From the UHGV virus genome UHGV-0172319: a stretch of DNA of 20,424 bases; one strand, 5' to 3'. Shown one piece after another: positions 1 through 7,314 of the stretch. Under the pieces are notes generated by a model. The model made no database searches, had not been told where the DNA came from, and saw only the letters and a program-made list of their open reading frames with translations. Both the position numbers and the translations under genes were made by a program. Within the stretch, counting starts at the first letter, position 1; every line of letters begins with the position of its first letter. The stretch is from a virus.

Positions 1-296
1 GGTTCTGTCAGCGGCACCTTGATATTTCGTTCTACCCAGGCCAACGCTTTATCGCGTTCGATGGCGTTTACCTGGTCACATTTCGCCTGCGTCAACTTCA
101 TGCCCTTCACTACTGGCTTACCATCGACCATCGTGGCGCCACGGCAAATGGTCCAGATTCCACCGCCATCCCGGTACGCTGTCAGGCTGTTTCCCTCTTT
201 CTCATCGAGAAACTGGTCGAGAATCACCGACGCTGGCGCACCGGCAAGCACCAGTCCCAGAACGGCGGCGCTTAGTTTTGTTTTTGTCGAGGCCAT
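1..296 (-). CDS. Endolysin, phage lysozyme (T4-lysozyme-like muramidase) with N-terminal SAR-type hydrophobic segment; N-terminal part only, gene continues past window start
   Basis: Reverse-strand translation from ATG at 296-294: MASTKTKLSAAVLGLVLAGAPASVILDQFLDEKEGNSLTAYRDGGGIWTICRGAT... Shows the E-x8-D-x5-T catalytic triad spacing of true lysozymes and a Gly/Ala-rich weakly hydrophobic N-terminus. Start lies 1 nt after the holin stop. Not in the ORF track because no stop falls inside the window. Confidence 0.8.
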   Translation of the reverse strand, partial: MASTKTKLSAAVLGLVLAGAPASVILDQFLDEKEGNSLTAYRDGGGIWTICRGATMVDGKPVVKGMKLTQAKCDQVNAIERDKALAWVERNIKVPLTE

Positions 297-297
297 A

Positions 298-612
298 TTA
301 TTTCACTGCCTCACCTGAGATACGTTTCATTGCCTCTGTCACCACCTCAGCGGCAGCAGGGCGATCACGGTCAGGTTTAACAGCCACATCAGCGAGGTAT
401 TTAGCCAGAAGCTGAGTTCTTTTCTTTTCCTCATCAAGCCGCTCACGCTCTTCTTTTCGCTTCGCGTAGTAGGTCTTAATAGTGAAATAGGCCGAGATCA
501 GTGCGCCGAGAATAAAAACATAATCCTGCAAACTCAGAACGGAGAAGAAACCAAGCAGCCCTGACCACCAGTACGGCAAGTTATGTCCATCGGTTGGGTT
601 CATACGTTGCAT
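298..612 (-). CDS. Holin (two predicted TM segments, pinholin-like) with dual-start motif
   Basis: 104 aa; N-terminus MQRM (two in-frame Met separated by Gln-Arg, the classic antiholin/holin dual start); two hydrophobic stretches (LPYWWSGLLGFFSVLSL, YVFILGALISAYFTI) then a charged tail; sits immediately upstream of the endolysin. Confidence 0.7.
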   Translation of the reverse strand: MQRMNPTDGHNLPYWWSGLLGFFSVLSLQDYVFILGALISAYFTIKTYYAKRKEERERLDEEKKRTQLLAKYLADVAVKPDRDRPAAAEVVTEAMKRISGEAVK

Positions 613-746
613 TCCACACCTCCGCTATCGGGGTGCTGTGTGATTAAAATGAATCAGGCTTCCGGGCTCTTTTGTAAAAGTGAAAAAGAAGGTGATTCCC
701 GGAGCCTGAAGATGATGATCACCACAGCGGTATGACGTGATGATCG

Positions 747-1799
747 TTATGTCTTATTCAGTTCGCGGATTTCTTCCACAGTCTGAATAAACCTTTCTGT
801 TTCCAGCTCAACACCGATTGCCCGTCGCCCCAGCGTCATAGCCGCTTTAATGGTTGAACCGGATCCCATGAAGAAATCAGCCACAACATCACCCGGCCTG
901 CTGCTGGCGTTGATGATCTGCTGCAACATGTCTGCTGGCTTTTCGCATGGGTGTTTGCCGGGATAGAACTGAACCGGCTTATGCGTCCAGACATCGGTGA
1001 AAGGAACAGAGACTGAAACAGAAAAGAATCGCCGGAGAGACTTATACTCTTCCAGCAATTCTGAATACTTTCGGTTCAACGAATGCCACGTGGCCACCAG
1101 CTGGTGGTGTGGTGTGTCGAGCTCATTGTTTCGATGCTTATCGAATGCAACCCTGGTGAACAATTCCTGCAGTTTCTGGTAATCCGCTTCGCCTGGCAGT
1201 TGCCATTGGGATGCACCGAACCAGTGGGACACCATGTTCTTTTTCCCGGTCGCATCGGCGATCTGCTTAGAGGAAACCCCCAGCGATTCACGCGCGTCAC
1301 GGAAGTATGAAATTAGAGGCGTCAGCACATGCTGTTTGAGCTCGTTACTTTTCTCCGCGTATCCATCACTCTTGGGCTTATATGGGCCCTGGTAATGTTC
1401 AGCGAAAAGAATGCGCTCAGTCGCAGGGAAATATGACCGCAGGCTTTCTTTGTTGCAGCCATTCCAGCGACCGGAAGGTTTTGCCCAGATGATGTGATTA
1501 AGGACACTGAACCGCTCCCGCATTATGATTTCAATATCAGACGCAAGGCGATGCCCGCAGAACAGGTAAAGGCTACCGGCGGGTTTCAGAACGCGCCAGA
1601 ACTCAGCCAGGTATCCATCAAGCCAGCGTAAAAAATCCTCGTCCCCTTTCCACTGGTTGTCCCATCCTTCAGGTTTCACCCTGAAGTAAGGTGGATCCGT
1701 AACGATAAGGTCAATGGAGTTATCAGGGAGAGAAGCGATGTAATGCAGGGAGTCAGCGTTGATTAACTCAACACTGTTTATTTTTACAGTATTTTCCAT
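747..1799 (-). CDS. Orphan DNA methyltransferase (beta-class amino-MTase, N6-adenine or N4-cytosine)
   Basis: 350 aa; motif IV DPPY near the N-terminus (LIVTDPPY) and AdoMet motif I near the C-terminus (FFMGSGST). No adjacent restriction endonuclease ORF. Confidence 0.85.
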   Translation of the reverse strand: MENTVKINSVELINADSLHYIASLPDNSIDLIVTDPPYFRVKPEGWDNQWKGDEDFLRWLDGYLAEFWRVLKPAGSLYLFCGHRLASDIEIIMRERFSVLNHIIWAKPSGRWNGCNKESLRSYFPATERILFAEHYQGPYKPKSDGYAEKSNELKQHVLTPLISYFRDARESLGVSSKQIADATGKKNMVSHWFGASQWQLPGEADYQKLQELFTRVAFDKHRNNELDTPHHQLVATWHSLNRKYSELLEEYKSLRRFFSVSVSVPFTDVWTHKPVQFYPGKHPCEKPADMLQQIINASSRPGDVVADFFMGSGSTIKAAMTLGRRAIGVELETERFIQTVEEIRELNKT

Positions 1800-2194
1800 A
1801 GATCAGTAAGCGTAACTCTGGTAGGCTCACTATGCTTTTGCGCTAAAGCAGTGGGCCCTGGTTAGCTTGTGACCTGAAAGCATGAGCTGATGGCTGGCCG
1901 GGTGCTACAACACCCACCAGCCGCCCATCTTCACAAAAAGAAAGCCCCGCTTAAACGAGGCATCAAAATCGTTTTAAGTCCGTGGCGTAGAAACCACTCT
2001 TAACACAGTAATACATAAAATGCGGACCGCGTGAGGAAAACAATGGTTTTTTTTAATCCATTGAGTAAAATCAATGCCACTTTGCACACATGTTATCCAC
2101 ACAGTGTGCTTGCAAATTCTCATTTATTTTTTTGAATTTTGTAAATGCTCTAATTTATGGGCTTTTTTTACCGATAGCATCTAAACACTTGTGT

Positions 2195-2218
2195 GGTAAG
2201 TTCTGAATGAACGTTACC
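2195..2218. promoter_or_regulatory. Imperfect inverted repeat (GGTAAGTTC / GAACGTTACC) 35-60 bp upstream of the protease start; candidate operator or 5'-UTR hairpin
   Basis: Read directly from sequence; arms share the GGTAA/TTACC core with the cI operator half-site; lies in a strongly AT-rich divergent promoter region (about 1960-2250). Confidence 0.35.
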
Positions 2219-2253
2219 CCTTGGTTTAAAACTCTTAACATAAGGACATCCGA

Positions 2254-3249
2254 ATGTTTGAGCAGCGGAAAGCTTTGTATGCGCAACTGGAACAAGCACG
2301 CAGTTCAAAAGTATTATGCTATGTAACTGGTGACAGACCAAACCAAGAAGCTCAAATCAGCGCTGATGTATTTGATCTTTTCGTTAACCATTTAGATGTG
2401 ATCGGTGACGTTCAAAAAATTAGTCTTGTGCTCTATACGCGAGGCGGCGACACTTTGACTGCATGGAGCCTTGTAAACCTGCTTCGTCAGTTTTGTAAAG
2501 AACTCGAAATCATAATCCCATCCAAATGTCATAGCTCTGGGACGATCATGTGTCTTGGCGCTAACAATTTGGTTATGACAAAGCAGGCAACCTTAGGTCC
2601 AATCGATCCGAGTGTGAATACACCACTCAACCCTTCGGCCATTATCAATGGGCAGCAACTTCAACTTCCAGTCAGTGTTGAAGAAATCAATGGTTATCTT
2701 GAAGTAGTTAAGCATGATTTGAGTATCAAGGATGATGCCTCACTTGCGCAGATCCTCCTTGCATTAAGTGAAAAGGTTCACCCACTAGTGCTTGGTAAAG
2801 TCTATCGAGCTAAATCGCAGATTCAAATGCTCGCAAGAAAACTACTTTCTCACCAACTCACTGATAGTGAAAGCATTGAGAAAATTGTAAGTTTCCTTTG
2901 TAGTGATTCTGGTAGCCATGACTACACTATAAACAGGATTGAGGCAGTAAACGATTTAGGTCTTACTGTGGAAAAACCAGATGAGCAACTTTACGGCCTG
3001 ATCAAAGAAATTTATGAAGATTTCAAAACTGAGATGCATCTGGGTGAACCTTTTGACCCAAATGCTATCTTAGGAACAGTTAACCAAGCATCGTATGTAT
3101 CTGTTAGAAGCATTTTAGAGGCTCCAGATACATTTTCATATCAATTCCGCACTGAGGGCATGTTACAGCGTTTGCAAACTCCAGGTGTCCCAAGTCAGTT
3201 CGGAATAAATCATAACCTTATCTCAGAAGGATGGGCTCAACATGGATAA
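2254..3249 (+). CDS. SDH-family / ClpP-crotonase-fold serine protease-like protein (moron gene)
   Basis: 331 aa; N-terminal half has the ClpP/SppA-like pattern (LYTRGGDTLTAWSLVNLL..PSKCHSSGTIMCLGANNLVM..LGPIDP); good RBS (AAGGA, 8 nt spacing); clearly lower GC than flanking phage genes; opposite strand to the late operon. Confidence 0.65.
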   Translation: MFEQRKALYAQLEQARSSKVLCYVTGDRPNQEAQISADVFDLFVNHLDVIGDVQKISLVLYTRGGDTLTAWSLVNLLRQFCKELEIIIPSKCHSSGTIMCLGANNLVMTKQATLGPIDPSVNTPLNPSAIINGQQLQLPVSVEEINGYLEVVKHDLSIKDDASLAQILLALSEKVHPLVLGKVYRAKSQIQMLARKLLSHQLTDSESIEKIVSFLCSDSGSHDYTINRIEAVNDLGLTVEKPDEQLYGLIKEIYEDFKTEMHLGEPFDPNAILGTVNQASYVSVRSILEAPDTFSYQFRTEGMLQRLQTPGVPSQFGINHNLISEGWAQHG

Positions 3250-3424
3250 CAAATCATCTACAGGAAACTTTGTCGTCTATACGAATAGGCATACAAATAC
3301 AGCAGCGCCTAAGACAGCAAGCACCCCATCTACTGCTCAAAAAGTTAGTAATAATGGTGTGAATGGCTACAGTAACTTTTTAAGTTGCACAACAGGTTCG
3401 GCCATAAAAAACAGTTTCTAAAAG

Positions 3425-3455
3425 CAACGGCTCATAATGAGCCGTTGTTGTTTCT
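3425..3455. terminator. Bidirectional rho-independent terminator between convergent protease gene and Q
   Basis: Perfect palindrome CAACGGCTCAT..ATGAGCCGTTG (3425-3447) followed by TTGTTTCT on + strand and preceded by an A-tract (T-tract on - strand). Confidence 0.55.
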
Positions 3456-3834
3456 ACTCACATTCTAAACGTATTTCGAGCATGCTAAGGCAACCATCGA
3501 TAAATCCCTCTGCCATCTGGATCTCGATGCGTATCAATTTTTCATCCTTCTTGCGCATTCTCGCTATCTTACGCTTAGAAATGCCATACAAATAATGCGC
3601 TACCAGTAGTGAATGCTCATAAGGCTTTCGCTTCTGAAGTCGGGCTAAGCAACCTTCTATAATAAGGGCATCATCATCGGTGCATGAAAGACGAGTTTTG
3701 CTTGTCTGAGGAAGAATCCCTTTAAAGCCAGCCGCAATAGGTGAGTAATCGACTCCTGAACTATCACTCGCTGCCCAACCACCCCAGCGCTCTAATACCA
3801 TCTGAATATCCCGCATGTAATCTCCACTGTTCAT
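3454..3834 (-). CDS. Late-gene antiterminator Q (QuuD / phage-82-type Q family)
   Basis: Core sequence MRDIQMVLERWGGWAA...IAAGFKG...LVAHYLYG...IQMAEGFIDGCLSMLEIRLE matches the lambdoid Q/QuuD family. Start at 3834 overlaps the upstream stop (ATGA); alternative start at 3816 gives MRDIQ. The longer track ORF to 3954 would overlap the upstream gene and is unlikely. Confidence 0.75.
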   Translation of the reverse strand: MNSGDYMRDIQMVLERWGGWAASDSSGVDYSPIAAGFKGILPQTSKTRLSCTDDDALIIEGCLARLQKRKPYEHSLLVAHYLYGISKRKIARMRKKDEKLIRIEIQMAEGFIDGCLSMLEIRLECE

Positions 3835-4820
3835 GCAAGCACGCCAATAGCAAGCGCGCGATCGATAAAACGAAATATCAACTCCAGCTGCGAGCCGTAT
3901 TTCTCTTCGAATACCACGGTATCCGCATGTAACTCGTCGTGATGCTTTCTGCACAAAGGCAACACCCAGAGGTCATGCGCTTTTGTCCCCATGCCGCCCT
4001 GACCGTGACCTATCAGGTGGTGCGGATCATCAGCCTGCTTACCACAGCAGGCGCACGGCTGGGCCTTCACCCATCGCGTGTATTTCTCATTTTCCCAGCG
4101 TCGGCGCTTCGGGCGTAGCATGAAGCTTTCCGGCGATTCCGGATCAATCCTGAGTGTCAGTACCTTTTTCGCCTTCTCCTGCACAATGCTGGTGGCCGGT
4201 AACGAGGGCACAATATCGCTTTCTCGCATGATGGATTTCGGCTCTTCATCCGGTAGTCGCAGCGCTTTATGTGCAACGCTTTCCGGTATCACGTCACCCA
4301 GATCATTTCTGACCATCCACCAGCACAACTCCGGGAGAGTCAGAACATGCGACTCAGAGAAACCTAAATCTGTTCGAATGACTGACAAAATCCAGGATAC
4401 CAGGTTTTTGCTGGCTATACCTGCAAGCTGTTCCGTGTATTGACCAGCGAGAGTGTGATCGCAGTGCCAGCACAGCCGGATGCTACCAGGCTGATGGTGC
4501 ATTATCGTGAAATTCTTGTCGTGCCATGTTGAATGGGGCCACTGGCATTCGAACTTTTTGTTTAACCAGCCATCAAGCGAAGACAATCCACCAGCGCGCT
4601 GAATAACGCGCTGATTTTCAAATATTCCACTCATTACCGGATCGTCTGCCAGTGGTTGAACCGCTGCCGGCACATGACCAGTATTGTAAGAGGCCATGCT
4701 TTCCGGTTCTGGCTCAAGTAAGACCCGACCGCGCATGAATAGCGGCATCAGTTCAGCACCGGGACGGAAAAGCACAACCCCCATTCGGTGGGCTATTTCA
4801 GGAGTTAACAACGCTCTCAC
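3831..4820 (-). CDS. DUF968-family protein (YdfU-like nin-region protein) with C-terminal Cys/His-rich motif
   Basis: 329 aa; C-terminal CACCGKQADDPHHLIGHGQGGMGTKAHDLWVLPLCRKHHDELH is typical of prophage DUF968 proteins; conserved position upstream of Q. Confidence 0.7.
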   Translation of the reverse strand: MRALLTPEIAHRMGVVLFRPGAELMPLFMRGRVLLEPEPESMASYNTGHVPAAVQPLADDPVMSGIFENQRVIQRAGGLSSLDGWLNKKFECQWPHSTWHDKNFTIMHHQPGSIRLCWHCDHTLAGQYTEQLAGIASKNLVSWILSVIRTDLGFSESHVLTLPELCWWMVRNDLGDVIPESVAHKALRLPDEEPKSIMRESDIVPSLPATSIVQEKAKKVLTLRIDPESPESFMLRPKRRRWENEKYTRWVKAQPCACCGKQADDPHHLIGHGQGGMGTKAHDLWVLPLCRKHHDELHADTVVFEEKYGSQLELIFRFIDRALAIGVLA

Positions 4821-4827
4821 AGCAACC

Positions 4828-5739
4828 TCACCCGACCAGATCGATAAGCTTCATCATCTCAGCAAATTTTGACTCGAAGAAATGTGGCTGAGTCTCGCGC
4901 GGGTTTGCTGGACTGGTAATGTTTTTCCCAAACAGACAGCCTTTCGCAGTAAGCGACCAGAACTTTTTAACTCCATTGATACCTGAACGGCTCTGGCGCT
5001 GTTTCTGCTCAACAATCCCCTGCCGGGACATCATGTGATAGACCTGATTGGCAGTGATCCGGAGATTATTAGCCTTGAGGAGGGCGCTTAGTGATTGCGT
5101 AGGTCGACTAGACCCGTCCTGTGCGCCTGCTGGTGCATCAATTGCATAGTGCGGCATCAGGTCTGGCAGGCCAGCAACTTGCTGCAGTTTGTGGTACGCC
5201 CCAAGCTTTGATGAATTTGAGAGGTTCAGCATTTTGGCGGCTGATTCGAGCAGGATAATACCGGCCTGAATTTTATCTGAAGTTTGTGAATGCGAAGCCG
5301 CATTCTGAGCAGCATCGAACGTTCTGATGACCTTAAGGTTAAAGGATGGGCTAATCCACATTGCATAGGCGTAAACAAGCTCTTTGCAGACGTAGGTTCC
5401 TCCGTTACGCCCCTGAATTGTCATCACCGGAATACTACGGGAATTTCCCGTAGTTTCTTTTTCCAACAATTCCACCAACGCCTGGGTTTCTGGACGCCGC
5501 ATGAACTCATGGACTTCCATTGAACGAGCGGATCGCTTTTCGCCTGAAGCGTTAAGCGCTGCTTTTTGCAGATCGTTAAGACAGTAATTGGATTCAAAAT
5601 ATTGACGTACGGAAACGCCATCAATTACAAGTAACTGATTCATTGTTTTCTCCACTGTTTTAGTGCGAAGGGGACTGCACTCCCGTTTCGCTTGCACCGG
5701 ATAACCATACCCTGAATTACCCATGTTTTGCTCTAGCAA
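4828..5739 (-). CDS. KilA-N domain protein (Rha/antirepressor-like nin-region protein)
   Basis: KilA-N-like segment (...GRNGGTYVCKELVYAYAMWISPSFNLKVIRTF...). RBS GAGGA precedes ATG at 5739; alternative start at 5643 (GGAG RBS) gives 271 aa. Confidence 0.6.
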   Translation of the reverse strand: MLEQNMGNSGYGYPVQAKRECSPLRTKTVEKTMNQLLVIDGVSVRQYFESNYCLNDLQKAALNASGEKRSARSMEVHEFMRRPETQALVELLEKETTGNSRSIPVMTIQGRNGGTYVCKELVYAYAMWISPSFNLKVIRTFDAAQNAASHSQTSDKIQAGIILLESAAKMLNLSNSSKLGAYHKLQQVAGLPDLMPHYAIDAPAGAQDGSSRPTQSLSALLKANNLRITANQVYHMMSRQGIVEQKQRQSRSGINGVKKFWSLTAKGCLFGKNITSPANPRETQPHFFESKFAEMMKLIDLVG

Positions 5740-6119
5740 GATGATATTTTTTCCTCAAATTTCTTGATCGAGATCTCTACTCTTCCCCCTTTCACTACTG
5801 GCCCCCACTCCACCAGCATTCTTTTCACCTGGCTGTCGTCCTCCCAGATCCCCGCGTGGGTAAGAGCGTCGAACAGCGCTTTGTTGTAGTTATCCAGATC
5901 CCGGATCCGGTTGTCCGGTGGGAACAGGATTATTTCAACAGCCGCCGGTGACGATGACGGCTTCGGGAGCATGCGCAGTTGTTCAATGATTGCCGCACAT
6001 GCTGACGACTGGAACTGGCGACCTTTGGCACTTATCAGGTGACGTCCCGCCAGCGGCCCCTTATTCGGGGCGCGCCAGTACGTGTTCACACTCGGAGGAA
6101 ACGGCAGCACCAGTTTCAT
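5733..6119 (-). CDS. rusA: Holliday-junction resolvase RusA
   Basis: 128 aa; start region and core (PPSVNTYWR...RDLDNYNKALFDALTHAGIWEDDSQV...KGGRVEISI) align with E. coli RusA, including the catalytic Asp-rich segment. Confidence 0.85.
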   Translation of the reverse strand: MKLVLPFPPSVNTYWRAPNKGPLAGRHLISAKGRQFQSSACAAIIEQLRMLPKPSSSPAAVEIILFPPDNRIRDLDNYNKALFDALTHAGIWEDDSQVKRMLVEWGPVVKGGRVEISIKKFEEKISSC

Positions 6120-6439
6120 ACCGTGATCCCCTTGTTTTTGAGATAGGCGATTGCGCGGTCCTTCGCACCATCCTCACCATTCACAAGCGCATGCAGCAGG
6201 GAATCTGCATCAGCAACGTTCTCCAGATCGTTGATGGCTATTCCCCGCGAAACGCCACGCGTCAGGGTGATAGCCCCTTTCCTCTCCAGCGCGCGCAGAT
6301 GATCCGCAGCAGCATTTGGGGAGCTGCATCCCAGCAGCCCCGAAAGTTCTGTATTGGTTGGAGGATAGCCATGCTCGCGTTGAAAGCTGATCAAGGTCTC
6401 CAGTACATGCTGCTGGCGAGCCGTGAGAATTTCTTTCAC
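6116..6439 (-). CDS. LexA N-terminal DNA-binding-domain-like protein (winged HTH, no S24 peptidase domain)
   Basis: 107 aa; LTARQQHVLETL...PPTNTELSGLLGCSSPNAAADHLRALERKGAITLTRGVSRGI parallels the LexA DNA-binding domain; no Ser/Lys peptidase region follows. Confidence 0.6.
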   Translation of the reverse strand: MKEILTARQQHVLETLISFQREHGYPPTNTELSGLLGCSSPNAAADHLRALERKGAITLTRGVSRGIAINDLENVADADSLLHALVNGEDGAKDRAIAYLKNKGITV

Positions 6440-7314
6440 GCGCTTTCCTCCAGAATGTTGACCATCTGAGCAGAAGCAACGGCAATGATCTCGCTGGTGG
6501 GCATACGTTCAAGCCATAGCTGATTGATATTGTCTTTCAGCTTGTTCTGCTGTGACTCAGTCAGGGCGTCAACGCCATCCACCTGGTTAAACACCAGACC
6601 AACCTCGAGAGGCCAGATACGCGATTCGACTTCTGGTAATGTCAGCGGCGCAGGTGGCTGTACTGTTTCTGCCTGGCGGGTCTTACCAGCGGCAAATGTG
6701 ACCAGCGACATAAACGCCTTCCCTTTTTCCTCCAGATCGGTACGGCTGATGTAGCTGAAACGCTCGCCGCGCCATGACTTATCGAAGATTGCAATGGCGC
6801 CAGCAAAGAAAGCACCTGTGGGTTTCTGCTTATCGTCAGCAGGAACAAACCACACAGGGAGATCGAAACCAATGCGACCGCGAATAAACATGATGTGATC
6901 GGCATCTTCAGGCCACCATGTTTCACTTGTCGCCGCTTTAATGAGGAACACGTAACGCCCCCCCTTTTCACGCATCTCCATTGTGTGATCCATGATGTGG
7001 GTCATGCCGGTGATCGCCTGCTTCTCGTGGTACTGAGAGCGGCTATAGGGTGGATTACCGAATGCGGCCCCGCCGATTGATTCCAGCATTTCCGACCAAT
7101 CCTGCATCAACGCGTTATCTTCGGCGGTGTACCAGACCGGGCACTTCGCGTTATCGTCGTCAGCAAACAGATCCAGAACCAACGGCCCAAATATTGAGTT
7201 GATCCCCCAAAACAACAGATCCGGAGTACACCATTGATCACCAACCTCTTTCAGTTCATGGGCTGGTTTGCTTCGCAGTGAGGCCAGCGCCAGGCTGTAG
7301 GAACTAATATTCAT
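6436..7314 (-). CDS. Phage Dam-family N6-adenine DNA methyltransferase with C-terminal extension
   Basis: 292 aa; motif IV NPPY (AAFGNPPYS) in the N-terminal half; about 100 aa C-terminal extension of unknown function; 4-bp overlap with the upstream replication gene. Confidence 0.7.
   Translation of the reverse strand: MNISSYSLALASLRSKPAHELKEVGDQWCTPDLLFWGINSIFGPLVLDLFADDDNAKCPVWYTAEDNALMQDWSEMLESIGGAAFGNPPYSRSQYHEKQAITGMTHIMDHTMEMREKGGRYVFLIKAATSETWWPEDADHIMFIRGRIGFDLPVWFVPADDKQKPTGAFFAGAIAIFDKSWRGERFSYISRTDLEEKGKAFMSLVTFAAGKTRQAETVQPPAPLTLPEVESRIWPLEVGLVFNQVDGVDALTESQQNKLKDNINQLWLERMPTSEIIAVASAQMVNILEESA

Noticed and set aside
19-318. Plus-strand 99-aa ORF at the window start
   Set aside because: The opposite strand encodes a clear lysozyme N-terminus with catalytic triad spacing and proper coupling to the holin; the + ORF has no RBS or recognisable features.
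997-1507. Several 60-75 aa ORFs (997-1182, 1076-1300, 1083-1310, 1322-1507) inside the methyltransferase gene
   Set aside because: Fully embedded in or antisense to a confidently assigned 350-aa MTase; no motifs.
3454-3954. Full-length 166-aa ORF extending the Q gene upstream
   Set aside because: The extension overlaps the upstream DUF968 gene by over 100 nt and its N-terminal 40 aa do not belong to the Q family; start at 3834 or 3816 is preferred.
5990-7080. ORFs 5990-6469 (+), 6210-6512 (-), 6524-6754 (+), 6642-6971 (-), 6895-7080 (+)
   Set aside because: Overlap or lie antisense to the rusA, LexA-like and Dam-family genes, which have clear homology signatures; Ala/Arg-rich translations typical of spurious frames.
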